Shown here: in pieces, positions 47,801 to 59,779 of the stretch
Position numbering within the stretch: the first letter of the stretch is position 1
Layout of the letters: each line of letters begins with the position of its first letter
NCBI GenBank assembly: GCA_051294375.1
Contig: CM119268.1
Location: 2,338,232-2,402,231, forward strand
From: Paraspadella gotoi
Lineage: Eukaryota > Animalia > Chaetognatha
Reading direction: 5' to 3'
DNA length: 64,000 nt
Translations under genes and position numbers: made by a program
The notes under the pieces: model-generated
The model's input: the letters and a program-made list of their open reading frames with translations, nothing else
What the model was told of the DNA's origin: nothing
Databases searched by the model: none

Positions 47801-47901
47801 GGGAGAAGAGGATGAAGGGACGGGAGAAGGAGGAGGAGCAGCCACCGCATTTGGCGGTTGGCGAGGGGAGAAGAGCCCTTGACGCCGTCGATGAGGGATA
47901 G
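44756..47901 (+). CDS. MORN5: MORN repeat-containing protein 5 orthologue with C-terminal extension. Exons 44756-44816, 44948-45067, 45587-45715, 46273-46449, 46603-46723, then 47007-47346 (stop) or 47007-47342 + 47607-47901
   Basis: Spliced product MDVTGTRYDGPMKDRRMHGKGKFTFSTGSIYEGEFRDGMFHGSG...GRYVFADGL...[43 protein letters not shown]...WIAKNCRK matches recalled MORN5 hallmarks (GMFHG, DRRF, GLKPAG, QLTN..PPR.IP.G.YD, WI...CRK). All introns are GT-AG and phases are consistent (948 or 1239 nt). Confidence 0.92.
44948..45067 (+). CDS. MORN5: MORN5 exon 2 (MORN repeats)
   Basis: Acceptor ccccaag|; translates GKFTFSTGSIYEGEFRDGMFHGSGCLTLRNGGKFIGEWRK; donor G|GTAAG. Confidence 0.92.
45587..45715 (+). 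CDS. MORN5: MORN5 exon 3
   Basis: Acceptor cctcag|; translates [42 protein letters not shown]; donor G|GTGAG. Confidence 0.92.
45698..45915 (+). repeat. About 61-bp tandem repeat that copies the MORN5 exon-3 end and its splice donor
   Basis: gggactcaagcc(g/c)gcgg|gtgagtttttt at 45699, 45761 and 45822; degenerate copies at 45893 and 46031. Confidence 0.9.
46273..46449 (+). CDS. MORN5: MORN5 exon 4
   Basis: Acceptor ccacag|; translates [58 protein letters not shown]; donor G|GTGAG. Confidence 0.92.
46603..46723 (+). CDS. MORN5: MORN5 exon 5 (start of C-terminal extension)
   Basis: Acceptor ttcacag|; translates EWDEEVGFFRPDHSKPHPSDRSTYIHPDNKIESVQLPKQY; donor AG|GTGGG; phase-compatible. Confidence 0.75.
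47007..47346 (+). CDS. MORN5: MORN5 exon 6 (extension; ends at TGA or splices out at 47342)
   Basis: Acceptor gttcag|; open frame SIGPSIPRRQFEIPLEITRESETAMMDASQ...KAASRR; AATAAA at 47402. Confidence 0.7.
47607..47901 (+). CDS. MORN5: Possible alternative terminal exon 7 of MORN5 (Glu/Gly-rich)
   Basis: Acceptor aaccag| is phase-compatible with donor AG|GTGATT at 47343; GC-rich island; TAG at 47899-47901; AATAAA at 48101. The true frame may be affected by indels. Confidence 0.5.
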
Positions 47902-48414
47902 CGGATTAAAATAAGAGAGAGAGAGAGAGCAAGAGAGAGAGAGAGAGCAGAGAGAGCCAGATGAGAGAGTAGAAGAGAGAGAGAGAGAGAGAGAGAGAGA
48001 TGAGAGAGAGAGGATGAGTTGATTTTATAGCGAGGGGGGGGGGGTCGAAAGAGAGGATATTATTTTCTGTGGGTTAATATAGTGATAAATCGTGTTTAGT
48101 AATAAAATGACGTAGCTATCGAAAGCTTTTGGTTCTTTGGTTTTAAGTTTGAAAGTTTTTTGTATTTTACTTTGTGTAGTACGTTTTAATAAAAGGTGTA
48201 GAAGGTTGTTAAGATAGTTAAGTATGTATCACAAACTTTTTATAAGTCTTGTCCAGAAATTAAAAAGAAAGTGACATTTTATCTCTAACTCCTTCTTTCT
48301 TGTGGTGAGTCTCTTTCTGTCTTTCTTTTTGTCTTTCTTTCTTTCTTTCTTTCCTTCTCTATCTCTTTCTGTCTCTTCTTCTTTCTTTCTTTTTTCTTTC
48401 TATCTTTCTTTATA

Positions 48415-48499
<85 letters not shown>

Positions 48500-49270
48500 C
48501 TCTTTCTTTCTTTCTTTCTTTCTCTCTTTCTTTCTTTCACTCTCTCGCCCTCTGTCGTCTCCCGTCTTATCGCGTTCCGTTCCCCTTTCTTGTCTCTCTC
48601 GTTCGCTCTTTTTAATTTCCTTTTTCCCTCGGGAGAGATTCTCTTCTCTTCTCTCTCTTCTCTTCTAGCTCTCTTCTCTCTCCTTCTCCCCTCGCTCTCT
48701 CTCTTCTCTCTCCCGCTTCAAAATCGCAGCGACCGCCCGCGCTGACTGAGCGTGCGACAGCGTGTTGACGAATCGCTCTCTCGTCTTTTTCCCGTCTCTA
48801 ATCTTCTCTTCGTTCTCATCTCTCTCTCTCTCTCTCTCTCTCTTCTTCTCTCTCTCGTCTCTCTCTCTCTCTCTTCATCTCGTCTCTCTCTCTCTAGCTC
48901 TCCCTCCCTCGCACGGCAAGAGAACGCCAATCTCCCTTCGCTCCATGTTTCTTCCTCGCAGGATTTATTTCCGCCTCTTTGTCTTCGGCTTCTTTACTCC
49001 TCCTCCGCTTCCACACCCAGTCCAATCCTTCCCCAACCCCTTCTGTCCACCCCCAACTCCGCCCGGCCTCTTCCATCCACTCATCTCAGCTATTTTTTCG
49101 CTGCTTCGTTTTCCCATATTTTTAACATTTTATGCCTCTTTTCTTTCTTCCATTTTCCACTGGGTTCCTTATTTCTCTCTTGCGTCGATCGACACGCTCT
49201 GCTCTCGTCTGCTCTCCTCTCATCGCTCAATCTCTCTCTCTCTGCTCTCTCTGTCCTCTCCTCTCTCTCT

Positions 49271-49306
<36 letters not shown>

Positions 49307-49811
49307 CTCTCTCTTCTCGCACCTGATCATTCAAAAGCGCAAAACCTCTCTTCTCTTCCTTTAATTTCCTCCCATCCTTCTCCTTTTCTTTCCCCATCCT
49401 TCTCTTCCCTCTTCTCTCCCTTCTCCTCCCCTCTATCATCATCTCTCTTCTCAGTCTCCCCCTCCTCCAGCCTCTCTCAAAGTCCTCCTTGGTTTTTTTT
49501 CGCATCGTGTCAAAAGACGCGGGAGTCGCCGTCGCACGCGCCGCGCGGCTGCGATTCCGCGTGCGGCGTCGCGGCGAGGCGCGAAGCGCCGCCGGAAGAG
49601 CGGAGAAAAGAAAAAAAAAATTGGAGTGAAAACGTTGGAAAGAGGAGGGAGAGAGTCGGGTGAGGTGGGGGAGTGGAGAGTGGAGGAAGAGCGAGAGATC
49701 GCAGGGGGGGGGTGGAGGAAAGGGGGGGGCGAATTTCTCGTTCCGCGCCGAGTTCGTCGTTCGGAGTCGAGACGCGGAGGAGAAAGAGAGGGGGAGAGAG
49801 AGAGAGAGAGC

Positions 49812-49848
<37 letters not shown>

Positions 49849-49949
49849 GAGAGGAGAGGAGAAGAGGGGGGGAAATGGAACAATACCAGGCTTCAGCGAC
49901 GAAGGAGACTCTTCTGCGCTTCTCTCTTTTTCTCCTCTCTCCGCGGTCG

Positions 49950-50025
49950 CTTTGGCAGGCCCAGTTGGTAAGAACCGTGGCGAGCTAACATGAACAATGC
50001 GTGAGTTCGATTCCTCGCCCGTCGT
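49950..50025 (+). mobile_element. tRNA-derived SINE-head-like sequence
   Basis: A-box-like GGCCCAGTTGGTAAG and B-box-like GAGTTCGATTCC about 45 bp apart; no complete cloverleaf. Confidence 0.35.
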
Positions 50026-50752
50026 CGATTTTTACGGAGAAAACATTTTTTTTCCTTTCGTGTTTCAAATTATTTGGTCAAAATGACGCCGACGACCGAC
50101 GACGACACAACGACGACGAGTGATCGATGCGAGTGTCGAAAGAGCGAGAGCGAGAGCGGAGAGCCGGAGAGCGAGAGCGAGAGCGAGAGCGAGAGTCGAG
50201 AGCAACGGAAATCGGTAGGTGGCATACTTGGCACTTCGATCGAAAGTGGCGTTTGGTGATTTGTGGTGGCGTTACTGGTTGGCTGGAAGCGGAGCGAGTG
50301 GTATTTAATGGGATTTTACTGGATGCCACTTCGGATTGAGTGGTTTCAAAAATCCATGGTACCGAAAACAGATAAACGAATAAATAAAAATACAACCATT
50401 TTTAAAAAATTATCCTTTTCAGTCAATAAATAAATAAATTTCCCTGACTTTGAACAATTAAGCTCTCCCACAGTCTTGTTTATTCACTCCACATTCCCTA
50501 TCGATTAAGTGGTATAATATTTTAAGAATGTTTTAATTGTATAAAACTAAGTACGGAGTTCTGACCAAGAGAGAACGAGAGGAAGAAATAAAGTGTTTAC
50601 TGATGGAAGAGGCTTCGAGTGAAATATTAAACTTTAACTTATGATTTATATTGAACTTAGAATTAAACTGCAAACTGACTCAGTTCAACGAAGAGACATA
50701 AATTAATTTAAGCAGCAAGGGTGCCAGGCGAACTGAGCTGATGCCCAAAAGT

Positions 50753-50799
<47 letters not shown>

Positions 50800-51578
50800 C
50801 TCTCTTCATCTCCTCTCTTCTCTCTCCTCTCTCTCTCATTCTCTTCTCTCTCGGTCTCCTCTCTGCCTCTCTCTCTACCCTTCGGCTGAATTTCTTGAAT
50901 GTCCAGTGGGAAATGTGGGATAAGTAGAAAATATTTCTATGTCTCCTTCTTTGATTTTCTCTTCCCTTATCTCCTTCTCACTATTCCTTTGTCTCCTTTT
51001 CTTCTTCTATTCATCTTCCTAATTATTTTCTTTCACNNNNNNNNNNNNNNNNNNNNNNNNNNNNNNNNNNNNNNNNNNNNNNNNNNNNNNNNNNNNNNNN
51101 NNNNNNNNNNNNNNNNNNNNNNNNNNNNNNNNNNNNNNNNNNNNNNNNNNNNNNNNNNNNNNNNNNNNNNNNNNNNNNNNNNNNNNNNNNNNNNNNNNNN
51201 NNNNNNNNNNNNNNNNNNNNNNNNNNNNNNNNNNNNNNNNNNNNNNNNNNNNNNNNNNNNNNNNNNNNNNNNNNNNNNNNNNNNNNNNNNNNNNNNNNNN
51301 NNNNNNNNNNNNNNNNNNNNNNNNNNNNNNNNNNNNNNNNNNNNNNNNNNNNNNNNNNNNNNNNNNNNNNNNNNNNNNNNNNNNNNNNNNNNNNNNNNNN
51401 NNNNNNNNNNNNNNNNNNNNNNNNNNNNNNNNNNCTTATCTCCTTCTCTCTATTCCTTTGTCTCCTTCTCACTTTTCGATTCGGGGTCTCCTGCTTCCAA
51501 GACGTTCACCGACGTCCGATATTTTCCTTCCTTCATTCACAAGACTCGAAGCCGAGTTCACGTGACGGTTTCCCGATG

Positions 51579-51622
<44 letters not shown>

Positions 51623-52742
51623 CAAGTAAAATACTAAACCAAAATTTCCTTATCAATCTTTCATATTTAGTCATTTGCAAAATTTGATATTTCAATCCAT
51701 TATTTTTATTGTTTGCTCGCATTAAAGATCAACATTAAAAATGTTATCGATTATATGTTCATGAATTGTTAAGTGTTACCTAACCAAAGATTCATCAAAT
51801 GATCTAAACTTTCGGTTCCATCCAGATTTATCAATCCTTATTATAATTCAAACTTCGCAATAAGTAATCACTTCACTGTTAAGATTTCCATTGCTTCGTC
51901 CCTCACCCCCCTTACCTCTCCACCCCCTTCTTCTTCCTCACCCCTGTAAAAGATGATTAAGGGATCAAGAGACGATTCTTACAACTAAGATACTTTTCAA
52001 ATGCGCATTTTACAGTTAAGCTGTATCCATTGAAACTCTTGGTACTTAGGAAATATTCTACATTTCTTATCTCTAGCATATTTGCCCCCTACATTATCCC
52101 ATTTCTCTCTCACAGCCTACCGTTAACTTCGGTTTTTTTCAAATATTAAAATTCAGTTGATCGAGATAATTGTTTCTTGTTTTTTTCTTAAATTTTCGTG
52201 CTTTTAGGATTTCTTTTTAATTCTGTTGCTACCTAGAAAAACGGAATATTCTTTTTAACATTTCGTTTCTAAAATTATACAAACATTGTGCCGACATATA
52301 TCTTCATATCGAACATGAATATATTATTTTAAAGTTCAATAATTATTACCGAATCAGGACAATTGATATGAAATCAAAACACCAAAGCTTCTTCATAGGA
52401 TTGTAAAATTTCTATCTTCAATTTAAATTTGATATAAAGTTTTGATCCGAACCCTATACTACTTCTGTTGCTGCGTATTGTCAGTTCAAACATGGTCACT
52501 AACTGAAGAGTTTTCTCTTTCCCCAACGATATTTTCCGATTGCTGATCCTACTAACAAGAGTTTTTAATCTGAATTCAGCTTCACTTCTTGTGGGAAGTT
52601 CTTCTCTTCTTCCCTCTCCACTCTCTCTCACTCCCTCGAATTTCACTCCTCTAGTTTTCTGTCCGCCCTTGTTCTTTAATTTTCCGCTTCCTCTTCTCTC
52701 TCTTCTCTCTCTGCTCTCTCTGCTACTCTCTCTCCTCTCCTC

Positions 52743-52783
<41 letters not shown>

Positions 52784-54456
52784 CTTCTCTCCTCTCGTCG
52801 TCTTTTCGCCGGCTCGTGAAACCGTTCTTCCTCTCGTGCGCTTTTTTTTTTTTGCTGAGGCTGATTTATGCGTTCGAGCGACGACCGACGACGACGACGG
52901 ACGACGACGAAGAAGAAGGGAAGAGAGAAAGAAGAAGAGAAGAGGGTGAGCATTTTTTCGTCCCAACCTTTTTCGCCTTTTTCGCTCTTCGTTCGTCTTT
53001 TTCCTAAGATTCCCTTCCACCTTTTGATTCAGCCACGGGCGTTTTCCTTTTTCACTTTCACATCATTGCGGTCTTCAAATAAGCGTACCTGCACGTCATT
53101 AACCATCACCGTTCCTCATTGCGTCCTTGCATCAATTTTTGTCCGCCATTTGAATTCGTCGTTATTGAAATCAGTTTTTTTTTAAAATTACCCTCTACAT
53201 TACAATCCACCACCCCGACCACCACCACGACCACCACCCCACAACCACCCTTCCCTAATCGCCCTGACGCAACCCCCGCATCTCAACCACGGCATTTCGC
53301 TCACCAGCCCGGCCCATTCTAATCGCCCTCCAACCAAAAACAAGGGAAAGAAAAAGAAAAAAAAACAAAAAAAAAAAAAAAAAAAAGGAAAAAAATGGGA
53401 AAAAAGAAAAAAAGAAAAGAAAAAAAACTCGGGTTTTCCTCGACCCTACTCAATAGGGTGAGCGAAATTGAACATATTATTCTGTCCTGCTTATATTAAC
53501 TTAACAATAATTTAATTATAATTTTTAGTTTTATAATTTTGATGTTAACTTTTTAAGAGAAATCTGAATCTTTAAAAAAACTATTTTTTAAGATACTATT
53601 TTCGATTACAGGTATTACTATAAATATATTTGCTTTTTTATGAATCTATTTCCCCAAACAATGGATGAACAAAATATTTTTGTATTCCATAATCATACTA
53701 TCTGGCCATCAATTATCCTTGTTTGATTACTCAAATCAATTTTAGTTCTCGAGAGTCCACCCTACTACTCAATCCACCACCAGCACCCTTCCATTCCCCC
53801 TTCCCCCCTGCCCCCTCAACATTCCTCCTCCTCCCCCCCAGCCCGCCGGTCACTTCCGCCCGCGCGCGACGCCATCCCGAGCCGGAAGTATTAGAGAAGT
53901 ACGTCGCTTCCGCGTTTTAAGAGAGCAGCATGCAACCCGGCGGCAGCATGCAAAACCAACGGCAGATGCAACCGACTCTGTCTAGAGCGAGAAAGGCAGG
54001 GGGGCTGGCAGCGGGGGAAGTGAGGGAAATTCAGCGTCGCCTATACAAAAGGTTGGAGTCAATTTTCTTTTTTCCTTTTTTCTTCACTTATGAAATTGTT
54101 AGAAAATGTTAACTCCGGAGTTCAGAAATTTTATTATTTTTCCAGGTAGATGGCAAAAACCGTTGACAAAATGACCCGCGTGATCGCAAGTGTTGAAACG
54201 AATAAGGAGACGAGTTGACTTCGTGTGAGTTAGGGTGAGTTAAGTGGAAATTTAATCACGGCATTTCGCTCATCCCTTTAAGCAAAGAACGACCAGCTAA
54301 TCGCTGGTTAGTCTATATTTATGCTTTAATTAATTATAATTAACGCCCGATTATAATCTACGAATTTTGAGAATTTAATCAATAGAGATAGGAAAAATAG
54401 GACTTTTGTATTTTTTTCTTTTTAGTGAGAATATATAAGTTAGGGCTCTTTAATCC

Positions 54457-54507
<51 letters not shown>

Positions 54508-54847
54508 CTCTCTCAAAGAAGGTCAATCCAACCCATAACGTGACTCTTTCTGTAAGGCCAATTTTTCAGTCCTCCCTATAATTACTCCTAAATTATTTTA
54601 ACTTTTTAAAGGTTAATCAAAATTAATCTGAGCTTCGGTTGACCAAACTTGCATTGAAAAATTCTAATTTTCAAATATTTCCATTAATTTACCTTTTTCA
54701 CTTTGTTTCAATTCTGTCCACTTGTTCGTACATCTCTTAGACCAAAGACTAGAACAAACTGATATCTCAGGTTATAACCGGTAACAATCCAGGCCCTTTT
54801 CCCCAGCTTAATGTAACTGTCGTTAAGTTGCACGTACGGCCTAGAAG

Positions 54848-55465
54848 CGATCGATCCCCAATCAGGTACCGAGTTATCGATCCCCAATTGTACCGAGATC
54901 GATCCCAACGTACCGAGTCGATTCCCCAATGTACCGAGATCGATCCCCAACGGTAACCGAGATCAATCCCCAATTGTACTGATGATCGATTCCCCAATTG
55001 TACCAAATCGATCCCCAATTTCGTCTAGGCCACGATGATCCCCAATGGTACCGGAGATTCAATCCCCAATCTACCCGAGATCGGATTCCCCAACGGTACG
55101 AGATCAATCCCAATTGTACCGAATCGATCCCCAATCAGTACCGCGATCGATTCCCCAATTTATACCACCACTTGATCCCCAACGGGGGGGGGATTACAAG
55201 ATCGATCCCCAATTGTACCGCAGATCGATCCCCAACCCCTATTCGTACGATATCGATTCCCAATCTGTACGAGATCGAAGCCAACGGTAACCGATATTAT
55301 CCCCAATTGCTACGAGATCGATGCCCCAATTGTACCGCGATACTATCCCCAATTGTACCACGATCCGGTCCCCAATGCGTACCTGAGATCGATCCCAATC
55401 TGTACGCGAGATCGATACCAAGTTTACTCGAACGATCCCCAATTGTACCGCGATCGATCCCCAAC
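54848..55465 (+). repeat. 22-bp tandem array (GATCGATCCCCAATTGTACCGA), about 27 noisy copies
   Basis: Direct reading; inverted counterpart at 59123-59275. Confidence 0.92.
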
Positions 55466-55870
55466 GGGGATACCTACCCCGCAGGGAAGCATTTTGAGGA
55501 CGGGCCGTAAAAACTGCCTTTGGCGGCGTGGAAAAACCCTCGATCCTGGTTCCAAGCCCAGGACCGGCATTCCATGCGCTGCTTGCCGGAGTTAAAGAAT
55601 TAGTGCTCTTCCACCGAACTAGCGCCCTCGTCCACAACTTTCCCAACACCACGAACCGGAAAAACCTCCACCCTGAAAACTTTTCTCTGTCGATTCTTAA
55701 CGTACGATCATCAAAATTACTTCTCTCTTCTCACTTCTCGCCTTCGTATAATCGTCCGTCCCGCTTCCAATAATTCTTTAATCGTTTCATCTCTTCTCCG
55801 CTTTTTTCGCCAATAGTTGATCGTTCGCCCCTCTTAAATCATTAATTTAAAAAAAATAAAACCTCTTTAA

Positions 55871-58209
55871 GACACAATGAAAAATGGCGTAAACGTTACT
55901 GTCCGTGCAAAAAAAAAATTGCACTGTTTCAATATTATTATATTTCTTATTTTTTTTGAAACGTTGTTAGTTTATATTGCTGACTATCCCAAAATATCAA
56001 TGCAAAATCTTTTTTTTTTTGATATTGGACTGAATATAGGGTGAAACAGATGATAAATTTTTTAAAAGATTACTTATTATATTTATTCATAGAATTGTAA
56101 TAAAAAAAAATAAAAAAAAATCAATAGTACTAATAGTTAGTGCTTAAGTCTCAAATAGATGGGAAAAAAAACCTCACTTTCAAAAAATTCGTATCGTGAA
56201 GTTGGGTAACTAAGGCTTACCAATGGCATCCTCCACGCCGATTGTTCTCTTCAAATAATATTTTTTTTATTTAATACATTTGAAAGGCGAAAAAAGAAAA
56301 AAAATTTGGAATGCTCAGGTGCAGAAAGGAAGTACAGATAATCTGGACTTATTGACTGATAAAACATGACTTTTAATAATCTTGTGACAAAGGGGCAGTT
56401 TAAAGAAATCTAAAAAATCTTCTTATCATTAAGTAGTCAATGAACCCTTTCCAATGGCGGCTGATACGGGGAGAAAGTATTTTTCTTAATTTAAAATGGA
56501 TTGAATAAATAATAAAATAAATTCCTTGCTATATTTAAAAAAAAATTATCAATACAAATTAACACAATTGATGTTTTGCTTGTCAAGATATGCTTACCAG
56601 CCTACTATAATTCTTTTTACAACTTTAATATTGATAAATCAAGCAAGTGTGTCAAGCTTTTAGTTTGCAGTTATAAGATGACATGGAAAAATGACGATTT
56701 TTTTTTTCACAGACAGAAGGTAGAGTCCAAGACTTTTATAATCCAAGCTGAAAACATTTTTGTTATATATTATTTTTATATTTTAAAATTATATTTTATT
56801 CAAGCTACAACATAAATTTTTGCTTGTTTTTACTTTTACTGAAAAAATAATAAGCAATTTTATGCGAATAAAAAAATTTAATAATAACAAAATGTAATTC
56901 AGTCTTTCCTTGTCAAATTACAAAAGAAAAAAGAAAAAATTTCACTATGTCTTCATTGAAATTTTTAAAGCAAAAAACTGTTATACTTTTAACTCATGAT
57001 TTAAACAAAAGCTGTGTAAAGATTTATGGATTCAATTTAATAAAACTCTTTTAGAAAGGGAGTTCTGTCCATGATTAGGGCTTTAATTTTGAACCACATC
57101 CACCTTGCTACCTCTTTCTCAAAAGTTATTTAAAAAAAATAACGTTTTTATAAATATAACCGCAGTACAAATCTTTGTTAAATAAAAATTTCGGCCAAAG
57201 CGGAGTCATCTCACTTATTTCTGTTGTACAATACTTAAATTTCAAAATAAAAATTTGAAGAAAATTTTTTTGTCAAATTTAGCAGACCAAATCACTTTCA
57301 AGTATGCATCGTATAATAATTTATTCTATTTTTTTCCCCCAAAATAAGCCTAATAGAAAAGTACAAATTTTTCTCCAAATTGTTGGGAAAAAAAATTTTT
57401 CATCCGACTTATGCTCATTGAGACATAATGGTTTTTAGCAATAGAAAATTAAAAATTATCAAAAAAAATAAAAAAATCAGCCTCTAGAAAAATCGAAAGG
57501 CTAGAGGTGATTTTTTGTAGAATTGCAAAATTTTTTTCCTGACTCATAATTCCATTATTCTCAGTTCAAAATATTTTTCCAAAATCATTTAATCAATTTT
57601 TTTTATTAATTTTAAAATGTTTTTATGATGTTGTTTTTGTCGAAAAAAATTGATAAAAAAGTGAAAAATATAGTAATGTATTATGAAGGGTTTTTGAAAA
57701 TACCCCTTTCTAAAATCATCAAAATAATTAGACACAAGTGGGAGTAAGCAGAGAAAACTTGTCCCATTCATAAAGAAAATTGAAATGAATTTGTCATTTG
57801 TTATTATATTAATTGTACTAATTACAAACAAATGATTTATATAAATTGAGGAACAATGATGATAAAAAAATTCATCTTGTCTCGTAACTAAGGTTATCGT
57901 TAAAAGGTTTTGTTTTTAATAATATGTAATATTTTTTTTTACATTTATAAAAGGTCAATGGCCCTCTAAAATTTTGTAAGCCGTTTCGCAGCCTATTATG
58001 TGCTTCATCTTTTTTACTATTTTTTTGATCTAGTAGCTTTTGTGATGGTCAAGGGTGTATGGTCAGATACAGATATGTCCACAGTAGTGTACTACCACAT
58101 ATTACCAAAAGTAACCGAGTAATCAATTAATTTGCTCAGAAGAAACGATTTTAAAGGGACCAAAATCAGCACAGAGACCGGTTTCGCACGTTATTTTTCA
58201 TTGTGTTTC
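55871..58209. mobile_element. 2.3-kb non-autonomous TIR DNA transposon with TTAA target-site duplication (Kolobok-like termini)
   Basis: TTAA|GACACAATGAAAAATGGCGT ... ACGTTATTTTTCATTGTGTTTC|TTAA. The opposite palindrome arm shows the empty site (cctctTTAAcgatcaaacaag, 58747-58750). AT-rich interior with no recognisable ORF. Confidence 0.8.
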
Positions 58210-59122
58210 TTAACGGATCAAACAAGCAGGATTGGTTTTCTCCATTTCTCCCCAGTACTCTATGACCCCGAAACTCTACCCTTTTTCTCTCCCCTCCCTC
58301 TTACCTTTGACCTTTCCTCCCGCCCGTTTTCTCTGTCACACCTACCGATGTCTTATTCACCCACCTCTCAAACATCTAGCTATTCCCCACCCCCGCCCGC
58401 TCTCCAAACCCCCCGTTGGCGCCGCGAAGGGAGCGACGCCGCCGTACGCCTGGGTGATGAACGAAAACCGTCGACGTTCGAAAGGAAAAAAAAAAATCGC
58501 GGAATCGAAACCGGAATTCGAAACTTCGCTTTGTCACATGTGAAACTTTCGTCGAAGGGGTATGTGTGAAGGCTGAGAGGAGGGGGAGGGTGTTGAGAAA
58601 AGGATGGGAGAGGGGGTGAGGGTATGAGGGAGGAANNNNNNNNNNNNNNNNNNNNNNNNNAGGACGAGAAGGGGAGAGAAAAGGGTAAGTTTCGGGGTCA
58701 TAGAGTCTGGGAGAAAATGGAGAAAACCAATCCTCTTGTTTGATCGTTAAAGAGGTTTTTTTTTTTTTAAATTAATGATTTAAGGGCGAAAGATCAACTA
58801 TTGCGAAAAGCGGAGAAGAGATGAAACGATTAAAAGAATTATTGGAAGGGGACGGACGATTATACGAAGGCGAGAAGATGAGAAGAGAGAAAGTAAATTT
58901 TGATGATCGTCGTTAGAATCGAAGAGAAAAGTTTTCAGGGTTGAGTTTTTCCGGGTTGTGGTGTTGGGAAAGTTGTGGACGAGGCGCTAAGTTCGTGGAA
59001 GAGCACTAATTCTTTAACCCGGCAAGCAGCCATGGAACCGGTCCTGGGCTTGGAACCAGGATCGAGGGTTTTCCACGCCGCCAAGGCAGTTTTACGGCCG
59101 TCCTCATGCTTCCCGCGGGGTA

Positions 59123-59275
59123 GGTACCGTTGGGGATCGATCGCGGTACAATTGGGGATCGATCTCGCTACAATTGGGGATCGATCTCGGTACCGTTGGG
59201 GATCGATCGTGGTACAATTGGGGATCGATCTCGGTACAATTGGGGATCGATCTCGGTACCATTGGGGATCGATCG
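59123..59275 (-). repeat. Same 22-bp array in the right arm, 7 clean copies
   Basis: ggggatcgatc occurs at exact 22-bp spacing from 59132 to 59264. Confidence 0.95.
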
Positions 59276-59706
59276 CTTATAGGCGTAGTGAACTAACGAG
59301 AAAGTTAAATAAACTGGGGAAAGGGCCTGGATTGTGACCGGTTATAACCTGAGATATCAGTTTTGTTCTAGTCTTGGTCTAGAGATGTCGAACAGTGGAC
59401 AGAATTGACCAAGTGCAAACGTAATTAATGGAAAATATTTGAAAATTAGAATTTTTCATACGAGTTTGGTCACCGAAGCTCAGATTAATTTTGATTAACC
59501 TTTAAAAAGTTAANNNNNNNNNNNNNNNNNNNNNNNNNAAAAAGAGAGAAAAAGATGAAGATTCTGATGTATTCTCGATTAAACTTGCTTACAGAATAGA
59601 GTTTAATCGAGCCAAAATTTGAGCTGGAGTAAATTCGTAGTCTGTGGGGAGAACTCTGACGACTATCTGGTCACGAGTACGTTTAATGTGTGGATGACCT
59701 TCTTTT

Positions 59707-59740
<34 letters not shown>

Positions 59741-59747
59741 GAGAGAT

Positions 59748-59779
<32 letters not shown>

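Noticed and set aside
48300-49880. ORFs of 200-300 aa rich in Ser/Leu or Arg/Glu
   Set aside because: Translations of (CT)n, (CTTT)n and (GA)n microsatellites.
54848-55465. CRISPR array or coding repeat
   Set aside because: Units are contiguous with no spacers, and 22 bp is not a multiple of 3.
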